64,000 nucleotides of DNA from Octopus sinensis (Eukaryota), in the NCBI RefSeq assembly GCF_006345805.1, contig NC_043011.1, positions 43,784,464 to 43,848,463 of the forward strand, read 5' to 3'. How positions within the stretch are numbered: position 1 is the first letter of the stretch; each line of letters opens with the position of its first letter. Below the pieces are notes generated by a model that was not told where the DNA came from, searched no databases, and worked only from the letters and a program-made list of their open reading frames with translations. The translations under genes were made by a program, and so were the position numbers. Of the stretch, positions 10,767 through 25,056 are shown in pieces.

Positions 10767-10823
<57 letters not shown>

Positions 10824-10825
<2 letters not shown>

Positions 10826-11400
10826 GGCGGCGAGCTGGCAGAAGCGTTAGCATGCTGGATATACAAGCACACACTCAAATACCTTCATAAAAGGACTGAA
10901 CTGGTATATCCAGAGTTCAAATGTCGCCGAGATCGACTTTGCTTGTCATCCTTTCGGGATCGATAAAATGAGTACCAGTTAAACACTGGGGTTGATCTAA
11001 TCGACTTGCCCCTACCCCGAACTTGCTGGCCATATGCCGATTCTGCCGAGGTCGACTCTACCCTTCATTCCCTTTCGGGAGTCGATAAAATAAGTACCAG
11101 TCAAGTACTGGGGTCGATGTATTCAACTACTTCACCGCCTCCAAAAAAGCTGCTGGCCCTGAGTCAGAATTTTAAACCACCATTGAGGTGGTGACCTGGC
11201 TGATCTTTAGCACGCCGGACAAAATGCTTAGCAACATTTCTTCCGGATCTTTACGTCCTGAGTTCAAATTCTACTGAAGTCGACATTATCTTTCATCCTT
11301 TCGGGATCGATGAAATAAACGTCGGTTGAGTCCTGGGGTTGAGGTAATTGACCAACTTCCCCTTCACCGAAAATTTCAGGTCTTGCGCCTGCGTCTTTAG
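10824..11400 (+). mobile_element. SINE family A copies and fragments
   Basis: aaggcggcgagctggcagaa head at 10824; repeated cctttcggga-tcgat core. Confidence 0.75.
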
Positions 11401-11589
11401 TAGGAAAAAAAAAATTATGAATAGGGTAATGGAACGGGCTGAAAGCCACCGCCTCACTTCATTAAAACACAATTTCTTTCTATGAAATACTGTTCGTCTG
11501 CCAGAGAAGGTCAGCGTTTCGGTTAGAATGTTCAAAGAAAAGCCCCCCAATTAAACCTAGATTGGATGAAGGCCAATTCTGGCTGTTGC

Positions 11590-11664
<75 letters not shown>

Positions 11665-11791
11665 GCACACACGCACTCTCGCTTGCAAGCACGCACATTA
11701 ACGTTTGTTTTTTCTGTTGTAATAAAAACAACTTTACGTTCAACTGACGAATTATTCAATACTTTTTGTAGAAATTTATTATTCTTTTAGA

Positions 11792-11833
<42 letters not shown>

Positions 11834-12053
11834 GTGGTGGTGATGGTGATGGTGATGGTAATGACGATGATGATGATAATGATAATAATTTCAGGTGTGG
11901 CTGTGTGGTAAGAATTTTGCTTCACAACATCATGGTGCTGGGTTCAGTCCCACTGCGTGTCACCTTGAGCAACTGTCTTTTATTATAGCTTCGGGCCGAC
12001 CAGTGCCTTGTGAGTGGATTTGGCAGACGGAAACCGAAAGACGCCCTTTTTCG

Positions 12054-12087
<34 letters not shown>

Positions 12088-12137
12088 TGTATGTATGTAT
12101 GTATGTATGAGTATGTATGAGTGTATATATATATATA

Positions 12138-12188
<51 letters not shown>

Positions 12189-12331
12189 TAGTGAGTGGAC
12201 AAATGAAAGAAGAGCACTCAACCAATTTATTGGGAATTACTTCTATGGATCAAAACAGTAGATTCAAATTCGTTGGTACTCATGAGTTTCAAGCGTGATG
12301 CTAGTCGTCAGCCATTTCGAATATATATATG

Positions 12332-12383
<52 letters not shown>

Positions 12384-12403
12384 TGTGTATATATGTATAT
12401 ATA

Positions 12404-12439
<36 letters not shown>

Positions 12440-12474
12440 TGTATATATGTATGTATGTGTGTGTGTGATTATGA

Positions 12475-13020
12475 TTATGTCAGGTCACTTTCGAGTTCTA
12501 CTGGTAACATGTAACCCAGTACAACCTGTTGCATGGTCGGGTCGTCGGCGCCTAAACCGGCAACCCCACCAAGCTTGCTTGGTGAGGAGGGTGTTTATTG
12601 GAGGATGAAAAACAAAACCTGTCAAAAGGTGTAGGAACTCTTGAGAGTCAACGGCCATCCAATAAATGTCTTAAGGCTGTATCATGCGCGGGGACATAGA
12701 AATAATCGGACTGAATACCCGATCGCGCGGTTAAACCATTGGGAGTGAAGGACTCCTAGCCTTTGTTAGGGCATCCTTCTAGGAGAAGGTAACTCAGGTA
12801 ACTGGGATAACTCCGACATAAAACCTGCGGCTCAGTGGTTACCGATGATGTTGACTTGTTCTTCTTTTCGGATTATGGCTGCTGTTGCTTAGTGAGTGGG
12901 ATTGATTCAGTGCACAGCCTTTCCTCACTTTAAAAAAATATCTTCTTGCACAGGCATTGCACGATAACAACATTGATTAAGCTTCGTGTAATGGCCATAC
13001 TCGATAACGAGGTGGCAGCC
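12475..13020 (+). mobile_element. Possible 5' UTR remnant of an RTE-clade LINE
   Basis: GC-richer unique block containing gggcatccttctaggagaaggtaactc, similar to the motif I recall from RTE 5' UTRs; no ORF follows. Confidence 0.35.
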
Positions 13021-13071
13021 ACCATGTATGTATGTATGTATGTATGTATGTATGTATATATATATATCTTT

Positions 13072-13270
13072 CTCTTTTACTTGTTTCAGTCATTTGACTG
13101 CGGCCATGCTGGAGCACCTTTAGTCGAGCAAATCGACCCCGGGACTTATTCTCTGTAAGCCCAGTACTTATTCTATCGGTCTCTTTTTGCCGAACCGCTA
13201 AGTGACGGGGACGTAAACACACCAGCATCGGTTGTCAAGTAATGCTAGGGGGACAAACACAGACACACAA

Positions 13271-13301
<31 letters not shown>

Positions 13302-13845
13302 CATATATACGACAGGCTTCTTTCAGTTTCCGTCTACCAAATCCACTCACAAGGCATTGGTCGGCCCGGGGCTATAGCAGAAGACACTTGCCCAAGATGC
13401 CAATATATATATATTGGCCTGCTCGCTTAGCCAGCGGGGTGGCGTTTATCGAAGGCTAAAACAATGCGAAGTGCATTGTGACCAGCGATGTGTAGCAACA
13501 TCTGATGGTCTGGTCGGTCACGTGATCACGTGATATATATTATATATATAGCTAGCTAGCTAGCTAGATAGATAGATAGGTATAGATATATGTGTTTGTG
13601 TGTGTGTATACGTACATATATATATATATATATATGTGTGTGTGTTTCGCCTTCTCCCACCTCTTGACAATTGGTGTCGGTGTGTTTACGCTCTGTAACT
13701 TAGCGGTTCGGCAAAAAGGGACTGATAGAATAAGTAACAGGCTTTTAAAAAAACTACGGGGGTCGATTCATTTGGCAAAACAAAGTTCTTTGAGGCGGTG
13801 CCCTAGTATGGCCACAGTCTAATGATTGAAACAAGTATAATAAAA
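13072..13845. mobile_element. Oppositely oriented pair of partial SINE family B copies with another repeat end between them
   Basis: Minus copy 13072-13405 and plus copy about 13625-13845 share about 170 nt of 3' sequence. Confidence 0.8.
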
Positions 13846-14777
13846 AAAACCCAAAGAAAATAGAAAATAAAGATATAGTAATTTTGACAGTGACTTCGAA
13901 GTTTCGGCCTGATGCTGGTGCTTGAGGTAGTGTTGATAGTGATGGTTGTGTTGATGGTAGTGAAACTGGTGGTGTTGGCGTTTTGGCGGCGGCGGTGGAG
14001 TTGCTGATGACGGTTATGATGATGTTGATAATGATGGTTGTGGTGATGATAACTGTCACGGTGGCAGTAATGATAAGTGTAGCGGCTGTAGTAAAGGTGG
14101 TGAATGGTTGTAACTATGTGGTGGTGGTGGTGGTGGTAGTAGTGGTGGTGGTGGTTGTGGTGGTGATGATATTGGTGTGGTGATAAGTTGTGATGGTGGT
14201 GGTAGTACTGGTGTCGTGGTGGTGGTGTTGGTAGCAGTGGTGATGTCAGTGTGGATGATGATTGTGATGGTGGTAGTAGTGTTGCCGTGGTGGTGTTGTG
14301 ATAGTGGTAATAGTGATAGAAGTGGTGGTAGTGGTGATGTTTGTTGTGGTAGTGGTGTTGTGGTGGCGGTGGTAGTGGCAGTGGTGGTAGTAGTAGTAAT
14401 AGTAGTAGTTATTGTAGCCGTGGTGATGATGGTGGTAGTGGTAGATGTTTTGGTTGTAGTAGAGGTGGTGATAACTACGGTAATGGTAACCTTGTAGCGG
14501 TGGTAGCGGCGATAGTAATGCTAGTGGTGGTGTTGATGGTGGTGGCGGCCGTGGCGATAGTGCGAATCTGGTACTATTGAATTCTTTAATCAGTGGCAAT
14601 GAGTACATACCCAGAATGTACCCGGGTATAATATATTTGTGAGAGAAATTCGAGAAGGTTCGTTGCCTCAAAATATTTCAAACTTCCTGCTAATTTGGAA
14701 AGTGTATGAGAAAAAGTCATAATGCGTTCTCTACTCTCTCTTCCTCTCTCTCCTTCTTTCTCCCCTTCTCTCTCTGT

Positions 14778-14810
<33 letters not shown>

Positions 14811-14916
14811 ACACACACACACACACATATATATACATACATACATACAGAGAGAGAGAGAGAAAGAGAGAGACTATGAAACTTCAAGTCTCAAGGGGTC
14901 GAATCAAACTGTCTTA

Positions 14917-15026
<110 letters not shown>

Positions 15027-15033
15027 TAATAAT

Positions 15034-16088
15034 AAATGCCCTGATGCAGTACCAGGCAGTGGCTCTCATGGCTTCTGATCTTAACTGATTGGAAGTGTTG
15101 TCATGTACATTGTTTTGTCTTGGTATAAAAGATGGGCTACAGCAAATATTCTACTCAATACCACAGATTTGCTTGTCAGTTGTTTGACCTTAACCAGTTG
15201 AGCATGTCCCTTAGTGGCTGACGATATGTGCATCTCTGATCACGAGCAGAAGTAGTGGGGAAGCATCATAGCCATGTGTGGGGGGGGGGATTCTTTGGGG
15301 TTTGAATAATTCACCTCTGGAAACATGGGTGATTCTTTCAACATCCTTAAACAACCCTTATTCAGGGACCTTTTGAGCGGGATGGGCTACTCAACCTGAA
15401 GAAAATTCTAACTGGGCCCCACCTACAAGGTCATGTGCTGTTTATCTTGATATGAGATCACCATGTCGCGCACATATGGTTGTGATGCATGTGCCTGGTG
15501 TACCCTTATCAGACGGGTAGTCATGATGGGTATATTGGGCTTCGTATATTTTACCCCAGTGTCACTTTGATGGCATGAACTGCTCTCTCACTCAATAATA
15601 ATAATAATAATAATAACAATAATAATAACAATAAATGGCCTGATGCAGTACCAGGCATTGGCTCTCATGGCTTCTGATCTTAACTGATTGGAAGTGGTAT
15701 CATGTACATTGTTTTGTCTTGGTATAAAAGATGGGATACAGCAAATATTCTGCTCAATACCACAGATTTGCTTGTCAGTTGTTTGACCGTAACCAGTTAA
15801 GCATGTCCCTTAATGGCTGACGATATGTGCATCTCTGATCACTAGCAGAAGTAGTGGGGGAGCAACATAGCCATGTGTTGGGAGGGATTCTTTGGGGTTT
15901 GAATAATTCACCTCTGGAATCATGGGTGTTTTGTTCAACATCCTTAAACAACCCTTATTCAGGGACATTTTGAGCGGGATGGGCTACACGACCAGAAGAA
16001 TATTCTAACTGGGCCCGAACCTGCAAGGTCATACGCTGATTTATCTTGATATGAGATCACCATGTCGCGCACACTTGGCTGTGATGCA
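15034..16088 (+). repeat. Two tandem copies of an unclassified ~560-bp repeat (family D) bounded by (AAT)n; third partial copy at 36627-36985
   Basis: 15034-15594 and 15633-16088 align throughout with scattered substitutions; complete copies end ctctcactc(aat)n. Confidence 0.85.
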
Positions 16089-17913
16089 GCACCGCTTGTC
16101 AATCGGTGTTGGTTTATTTACATCCCCGTATCATTGGAGGGAGGGAGAGAGAGAGAGACTATGAAACTTCAAGTCTGACGGGGTCGAATCAAACTGTCTT
16201 AAATAACAACAACAACAATCATATTGATAAGGATATGTGTGTGTGCATACATCTATCTATCTTTCTATCTATCTATCCATCCTAGTACTTATCCACTTAA
16301 GATTGAATAAGTACTAGCGTCGATTCGTTCGACTTAAAATTTTCAAAGCAGTGCCCCAGCGTGGCCACAATTTTAATGACTGAAACAATTAATAGATGCT
16401 AGTATTATCATACTTAACGCCTAAACACCATTTTTCTTCTCTATTGGAATAATAGTGGTGTTGGAATAAAATGCGTCAACGGCACATGAAACATGTTTGA
16501 AAATGTATACAATTCGATATAATAAGATATTAACCATTCGTAGCCAAAACTCATTTTTTTGTAAATCCTTGAATTTGGCATTTTCGTACAAATTAGTGAA
16601 ACCAATATCAAGAACATTATGCTAGATAATCTCTTTTGTTCTTTGATAACTTAACAAAGACGAATTGTTTTGACGATTCCGTGGAGTCGTGCGATGGGGC
16701 TGACTTATACAAAATTATTAGAATTTTTGTACCTTGTATATTACAAATGAGTCCATACCTTGTATAGGAGTGCAAACGGAAGTGATAATGTAATACTTTC
16801 ACATGATATAGAGAGGTGGTGATTTATATAGATTTAGATAAGATCTTATAGATATATGCAAAGAATTAGATTTAAGGATTACGTTAACACAAATTCTAAC
16901 GCAGTTAATTTTTGGAATGTCACTTTAAATTTAAACTCTTGTTTTCTAAATCTCTAAATGTAACCCCCCCCCCAAGCAAATGAAATGTTATTTTATATAA
17001 ATAGACATTCGAACCACCCTCCTTCAGTTTAAAAAAAAATCATAGTCAATATTGATAAATATATTTGCTCCTTATCTTCGGATAAGGTTGCTCTAAATAT
17101 TGTTTCTTACAAGCGTAACGAGGCCATTTCATTGATAAAATCCATTACAGGAATTGCGGTAATGTCCTTAAATATATATATATATAAATCACAGGTCAAT
17201 AAGGATTATGTTTTAATCCACCTTTTAGCTCAAGTGATCCGTTTTCACATTGCTATGGAAACTATACCATAAATCATAATAAATGTTGTAAGCATTTTTA
17301 ATAGAAATACAATTAAAGTCAATTGTTCGTGTTTTGAGAACTTTGCAAATTCCATCGTTAGTTTTAATACCAGAAACCTATCCATCGCAAATAACACAAC
17401 TTTCACTTCTATGTGCAATTGTAGCATTCCTGTCAATTACCCCTATCACGGCAAATCTCTTCCGGCCTTTATCGGTCACGTGTAGCTCTACAAGTTCTAC
17501 TATTAATCGCTAACATTATACACACACTCTCAGTCATATAAAGTTATATACACACTCCTATTGTCGATCATAATGACACAAGTCGTCAGTTTATATATAT
17601 ATATATATATATATCGAAGATACGTCTCGCTTTTATCCTTCAAAACGTAGAGTAGATGAAAGCTTTAGCGACTGAAGAAGGGGTTTTTCCTTGTGTTAAT
17701 TGTCCTGTATTCTATTTTTTTTTTGCTGTTTTTAAATAAATGTCCAGTTCCTTTGGTTTGTGTCTATGTTTTCGTTTCTCATTGTGTTCGACGTCCTTTT
17801 TGGTGTCCTGTACTCATATATGCGTGTATATGTACATGTAGAGGTAGGTACGTACATATATGTTATATATATGCATATGTTTTATTTTATTTATTAATAT
17901 ACTATATATAATA

Positions 17914-17989
<76 letters not shown>

Positions 17990-18350
17990 CACCGTATTAT
18001 GTAATCAACGTAGCTATACACACGTGTCTGTTGTACATCATATTAGTCTATATGATTATGTATACTGTCAGTTATGAGTCGTGTAGTCAATATAGCTATC
18101 TACACACTGTATTACACGTTATGTATTCCACATAGCTATATACACACACAGCTTTCAGTCATATAGCTACATATACCTACATATACCTACTGTACATCAT
18201 GTATTCCGTATGGTTATGTACACTCTTAATTTTCAATCATACTACAGCTATATACACTTGTTGCATGTCATGAATTTTGTAAGACTATATACACCGTCTG
18301 TTGTATGCAACATAGTCCATAATCTAAATACACTTTCAGATAATAGCTAT
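17990..18350. repeat. Degenerate minisatellite with atagctatatacac core
   Basis: Repeated tagctatatacac / agtcatatagcta variants; a related unit occurs near 17510-17560. Confidence 0.6.
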
Positions 18351-18634
18351 ATATATATATATATATAATTATATATATATATATATATATTATATACACA
18401 CACACATATATATAGTTAGATATCTATATATGTACACATATATATAGTTAGATATGTATATATGTACATATATACATATCTCTCTCTCTGTATATATATG
18501 TACAAATATATATATGTTATATATATATATATATATATAATAATATATATATATATATCTGTGTGTGTGTATAACCCCTACTGTTATTTATACAATCTGT
18601 TTCGTTCTAAACATAACCATATGGTAGTTTCTGT

Positions 18635-18692
<58 letters not shown>

Positions 18693-19259
18693 CACAAACA
18701 CACATGCACACACACACACAGAGTCACATATTGATGCACACATTCTTGCAAACACATTCGTGCACTCACCCACCCACGTTTGATGATCACTTTTTTTAAG
18801 AAACTAATCCATACACACCAACATACTAACGCATACACATGCACTTTCACACTCACCAATGCACACATATTCACTTATACACACTTCAAACATAAGCACA
18901 CGCCTATAGATCGTTGCTATAATGCAAAAGTGTCGTAAGTCCAAAACATTGCTTTTTTTCAGAAAACGATAAAATAGTTTCACCATACCATTTTTTTTTA
19001 CATTAGCTTAACAGTTTTAGCTCAACAATAATACTTGGTTAGGTGCATAAAATCGTAACTCCATGAATGTATGATATTTTCAGTCAGAAATATTTTTATA
19101 AAACTGTCGTATGTGGGACTAACTACACTTTTGAAAAATGCTAAATCGTTGTACTACACTTTACGACAATTTTCATATCTTAGCATATCTACACACATAT
19201 GTACCCCACCCCATACATATATGCGGTTGAGCATAGGTATGTGTATATGTGTATAAATC

Positions 19260-19308
19260 TCATATATATATATATATATATACACGCACACGCGCACATA
19301 TATGTATG

Positions 19309-19352
<44 letters not shown>

Positions 19353-19566
19353 TATACATATATATACATATATATAAATATACATATATAAATATATATA
19401 CATATATAATACATATATAAATATATATACATATATATATATACATATATAAATATATATACATATATATATACATATACATATATATATATACATATAT
19501 ATAAATATATATATATATACATATATATAAATATATATATATACATATATATAAATATATATATAC

Positions 19567-19599
<33 letters not shown>

Positions 19600-20245
19600 A
19601 ATATATATACATATATATAAATATATATATATACATATATATAAATATATTATATACATATATATATATAAATATATATATTACATATATATAAATATAT
19701 ATATATACATATATATAAATATATATACACATATATATATATATACATGTATATAAACATATATATATATAAATATATACATATATAAATATATATACAT
19801 ATAAAATATATATATACATATATATAAATATATACATATATATAAATATATACATATATATAAATATATATACATATATATAAATATGTATACATATATA
19901 TAAATATATATACATATATATACACACACACACACACATATATATATATACATACATATATATAAATATATACATATATATAAATATATACATATATAAA
20001 TATATAAATATATATACATATATAAATATATATACATATAAAATATATACATATATAAATATAAATATATATACATATATAAATATATATATATATAAAT
20101 ATATACATATATATAAATATATATACATATATAAATATATATACATATATATAAATATGTATACATATATATAAATATGTATACATATATATAAATATAT
20201 ATACATATATATATACACACACACACACACACATATATATACATG
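19260..20245. repeat. ~1-kb compound (TA)n/(TATAAA)/(TACA) microsatellite
   Basis: Seen directly; source of the Y/I-rich pseudo-ORFs 19154-20290. Confidence 0.97.
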
Positions 20246-20751
20246 TATACACCACACATACGGATGAGAACGCGGTTCAACACATGTCACGTTTCAAATA
20301 TATCAATCAATCCCACCCTCCCCACCTCGTTGTTTCACTGTACCCTTACGTGGTGGGGGACCCCAGCTCTATTTACACTGATAAGTGTCTTGTAATCGAC
20401 CCCCCCCCCCGCATCACATGCGCGCGCACACACACAAACACACACACACACGTGTTGTCTTTCATACAACACCAGTTCAACACACCCCTAAATCATTGTT
20501 TTATTTATTTATTTATTGCAGTGCCATCAACTGACTGAAGTGAATTTATCAATAAATAATCAAACTTGACAGCAATCTAATATCCTTCGTCACTTAACCG
20601 AGTTAAATATAAAAAAAAGAAAAAACACCCAAATATTTGCCCTCAGCAAACTTGTTACCGTCTATAAAGAAATAGGGTCTACATGAATCATAAATGTTGT
20701 CATTTGGACCCAATAAATATTTGCAAATAGTTCGTCCCTAAAAAGAACTCT

Positions 20752-21083
20752 TTAAAAAGAAGCACTTTGTCGGTTACGACGACGAGGGTCCCAGCTGATA
20801 CGATCAACGGAACAGCTTGCTCGTGAAATTAACGTGCAAGTGGCTGAGTAATCCACAGACACGTGTATCCCTAATGTAGTTCTCAGAGAGATTCGGCGTG
20901 ACACAGAATGTGACAAGGGTGGCCCTTTGAAATACAAGTACTACTCATTTTTGCCAGCTGAGTGGACTGGAGCAACGTGAAATAAAGTGTCTTGCTCAAG
21001 GACACGACGCTTCGCCGGGAATTGAACTCAAGACCTTACAATCGTGAGTCGAATGCTCTAACTACGAAGCCATGCGCCTTCAC
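20752..21083 (-). mobile_element. tRNA-head SINE (family C variant) with 12-bp TSD
   Basis: Head gtgaaggcgcatggc...gagttcaattccc; same 3' body as 26088-26470; aaaaagaactct repeated at 20740-20751 and 21084-21095. Confidence 0.85.
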
Positions 21084-22768
21084 AAAAAGAACTCTATACT
21101 GGCTTGAAAGTAGAGACCACATGAGTTAGTGAAGGAGCTTCTATATAGTTTACTTCACCTAAGGCGACGAACTGGTAGCGTGGTTAGCGAGTGGGACACA
21201 ATACTTGGCGGTATTTCTTCCGACTCTTTTACGTTCTGAGTTCAAATTCCGTCGAGGTCGACTTTGCCTTTCATCCCTTCGGGGTCGATAAATAAAGTAC
21301 CAGTTGCGTACTATGGTCGATCTAATCGACTGGCCCACTCCCCCAAAATTTCTGGCTTTGTGCCTAGAGTAGAAAAGAATCGTTAGCGAGTCGGTCACGA
21401 TGCTTAGCGGCATTGCTTTCGGCTCTTTACGTTCTGAGTTCAAATTCCGCTGAGGTGGACTTTACCTTTCATCCTTTCGGGGTCGATAAAATGAGTACTC
21501 GTTAAGAGGATGTAATAGACTTCTCCTTCCTCTCAAAATTACCGACCTTGTGAAACTTTGTATTTACTTCACCTGCCCCACAAATAATGACCATGTTCCT
21601 TCAATAAGCACTGATTAGTTTTTTAAACTTAGTGCCCTGTAAACCAGTAAAGGAGTTTCTGTGAAGTCATTTAAGTAGAATCGGTGTTATGCTCAAGACC
21701 AGCTTGCTCCGCTACCTTTTTTCACTTGCGGCACACTTATATTTTTTTTCAAAATTCGGCGGCACACCTGAACTAAAAATATAATTAAAAGTATAGGGGA
21801 AAAAATTATATTCAGGTTACACTACGGTACACCTAGCATCGTCTCGTGGTACACTAGTGTGCCGCGGAATACTAGTTGCGATGCACTTATATTTTTTTCA
21901 CTCATTAGGCCGATTACCTGGTTGCCATGATGTACACCTGGTTGTCATGGTGTACAAATGAGCGAGATAACAACAGTCCTCTCTGAATGGGGCGCCGGTC
22001 CGTTATCAGGTCAAAAGTCAACAATTTTAAGGGGCAAAGGACAAATCGGTTATTTTATCGACCCCCCCCCCCGAATGGATGAAAGCCAAAGTTGTCCCCA
22101 GTGTAATTTGAACTCAGAACATAAAGAGTCAGAATCGATGTCGCTAACGGTTCTACTAGTTCGCCACCTTAATCAGTGATGAAACGGATCATTATCATTT
22201 TCTGGTTTACTTTCCTGCTGGTGTAGAAATGGGGTTGGTTGTATAAGAAATTGGAGTAAGGATGGAGGAGTGGGGCCACATTGTTTTGGGTTAGCCAAGT
22301 ATGTTGAAATCCTATTGCCGGTCCTGCACTTGGCCTTAACGTAATGGGCCAAATCTCACCTCTTCAATCAAACGCTTCATTGTCTTTTCAATAAGGACTG
22401 CATTTGTAGCTTTTGAGATACTTCAACATCGAGTTAGCAGTGATATGGAAACTAGTCGCTGAATTAACTTGATTTCACTTTTACTCTGAAGGGTTTGGGC
22501 GAAAATTTAAGCTTTCAAGATTTATTGACATTGTTTGGGACTGGAAAATTTACGGACGTGCATGTTTATAACATCATCAGGTTTGTACCGTTATTGAACT
22601 TTAATCCACGAATTGTGCAGAGTGTGTACAAAATAAATTATAATTTCTTTTTACCTGAAAATATCCAATCTGTCAAGACGTGGAATATATATATACATAT
22701 ATGTATATACATAATATATATATATATATATATTATGTACTTCAGAGTATCGGCTATTCAAAAGAGGT

Positions 22769-22799
22769 ACTTACCTACAATGAAAAGAAAACGAAAAAT
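22769..22799 (-). promoter_or_regulatory. Candidate recursive splice site (3' splice site fused to a consensus 5' splice site)
   Basis: Minus strand atttttcgttttcttttcattgTAG|GTAAGT; AG at 22776-22775, GT at 22774-22773; same strand as the PAP2 gene. Confidence 0.45.
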
Positions 22800-23922
22800 G
22801 TTTTACTGTAAAGAATTATTATTTAATAAATTACGTTATTTTTACGTTCTGGTTTCAAATCCCGCCTGGGTTAGCCTTATTTTGATATCCTCCGAGGTCC
22901 ATTAATCAAATACATGTACATCTCATTTTTGCCTGCTGAGTGGACTGGAGCAATGTGAAATAAGTGCCTTGCTCAAGGACCACAGCGCACCGCAAGGTAT
23001 TGAAGTCACGACAGTTTCATCCTTCCAGAGTCCACACACAACGTAAGTACTAGTTGAGTACTGGGGTCGATATAATCGACTTACCCTTCCCACGAAAATC
23101 ATGGACTTGCACCAAAATTTGAAACCAAAATTATTTTTCCCACAATTTTTCACAAAATTCTGTTTTGGCTTCTAAAAATAAGCAAGCGTTGACCTTTAAT
23201 CCACAAAAACGGACAATCTCGAGGGAAGAATCGAGAAAGAACGGAGTTCAATACCAACTCTAACCTCTTCGATTTTATCAATTTTATGAATTCTAAATAA
23301 AGAATTAAAATCAGATTTGGTCGTTCTTCTCGTTGGGGGTCGGAAAGGGGGTTTCAAACATTTATTGTTTTTATTGTTTTTTTTTCAGTCCTTTGTTTAT
23401 TTAATTATGTTTTAATTTTAAATTCAGATTTGTCTGTGGTCAAGATGGGAGTGTTGTCGGGGCTGGCGTTGCGTTGGTGATGTGGGAATTAGGGGTCTGT
23501 CAGACTTAAGCCACAACGTTACTATCACTACCATCATCACCATCACCATCGCCACCACCATCGTCACTGCTGCTGTCGCTTCCTCCATCATAAACATACT
23601 TGTCGCCGTCATCGTCATCATCATCATCATCATCACCATCACCACCACCACCACCACCACCATCATCATCATCATCGCCGCCACCACCACCACCACCACC
23701 ACCACCATATTATTATATGATTGAACACCACGCATCTATTTCTACACACACACACACACTCACATACACACACACACATATATATATATACATTTGTAAA
23801 TACGCAGATTTATATACAAGCAATAAACACCAATACGTTCCAAACATATTTGAATTGATAAAATTTTTGTCTACTCACAACACTGGTTTCACGTTCTTAC
23901 TACAATACATATACATACATAC

Positions 23923-23955
<33 letters not shown>

Positions 23956-24305
23956 TGTATGTATGTATGTATGTACACACGCAGACGCCAGACATATTAA
24001 AATAACACTGAAAACAACGAAACAAAACGGATAAAAACCCAACTCTACATTCCCAAAGGTATATACACTTCTGAAATGCGATGGGGTTATCTGGAGTTGA
24101 AGGTGGGACTGACATAATTCTGCTGAAACCATTATTATTATTATTACTATTATCATTTCGTCTGCCTTTATGCTCTGGGTTCAAATTCTGCTGTGGTCAG
24201 CTTCGCCTTTCATCTTTTCAGGGGTCGATGAAATGACTGGCATTAAGCAGTGGGGTCAATGTAATCGACTAGCCTATCCCCACAAATTTCAGGCCTTGTA
24301 GAAAA

Positions 24306-24340
<35 letters not shown>

Positions 24341-24351
24341 GTTATCACTAC

Positions 24352-24672
24352 TGTGAAGGCGCATGGCTCAGTGGTTAGAACGTCCAGCTTACGATCGTGA
24401 GGTTGTGAGTTCAAATCCCGGACCGGGCAAGACACTTTATTTCACGTTGCTCCAGTTCACTCAGCTGTAGAAATGAGTTGCGACGTCACAGGTGCCAAGC
24501 TGTATCGGCCCCTTTGCCTTTATCTTGGATAACATCGGTGGCATGGAGAGGGGAGGCTGGTATGCATGGGCGACTGCTGGTCTTCCATAAACAACCTTGC
24601 CCCCGGACTTGTGCCCGGGAGGGTAACTTTCTAGGTGCAATCCAATGGTCATTCATGACCGAAGGGGGTCTC
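24352..24672 (+). mobile_element. tRNA-head SINE (family E) with a different 3' tail
   Basis: Head and core caagacactttatttcacgttgctccag shared with 20752-21083; the tail ggtcttccataaac...catgaccgaagggggtct recurs at about 59790-59882. Confidence 0.75.
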
Positions 24673-24678
24673 AGTTAT

Positions 24679-24719
<41 letters not shown>

Positions 24720-24721
24720 TG

Positions 24722-24756
<35 letters not shown>

Positions 24757-25056
24757 GTTTCTGCTACTACTACTACTACTACTAATAATAATAATAATTA
24801 TGATAATAATAATAATAATTATGATAATAATAATGCTGTATATACTCGTGTGAAAGTCGAATTTTTTAGAGCATTTTTTAATGTCAAACTTATGGGGCCG
24901 ACTGTTACACGGATACTACTGTTGAGGGGCTGAAATTGAAGCTAGAACCCGAAGTACCGCATCAACAGAAGAATCCCAGCTGATTTGTAAGCGAATAATA
25001 AACAAAAACACAATGAACTGCAGTAATGTTACCAATCCCATGCATCAAAACACATA

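Noticed and set aside
12480-12570. Possible HDV-like ribozyme at the start of the RTE-like block
   Set aside because: Only a P2-like helix and a CTAA could be placed; P1, P3 and P1.1 could not be built by hand.
17225-17460. Cys-containing minus-strand frame with one internal stop
   Set aside because: No recognisable motif; cannot be told apart from random AT-rich sequence.
17605-17700. CTGAAGA with a tcgct/agcga helix and a GTC triplet
   Set aside because: The GAAA core is absent at the required position; at best a decayed repeat end.
19154-20290. Longest ORF in the track (378 aa) and the many similar Y/I, H/T, V/C and poly-residue ORFs
   Set aside because: Translations of TA, CA and triplet microsatellites, which lack stops in several frames; no domain content.
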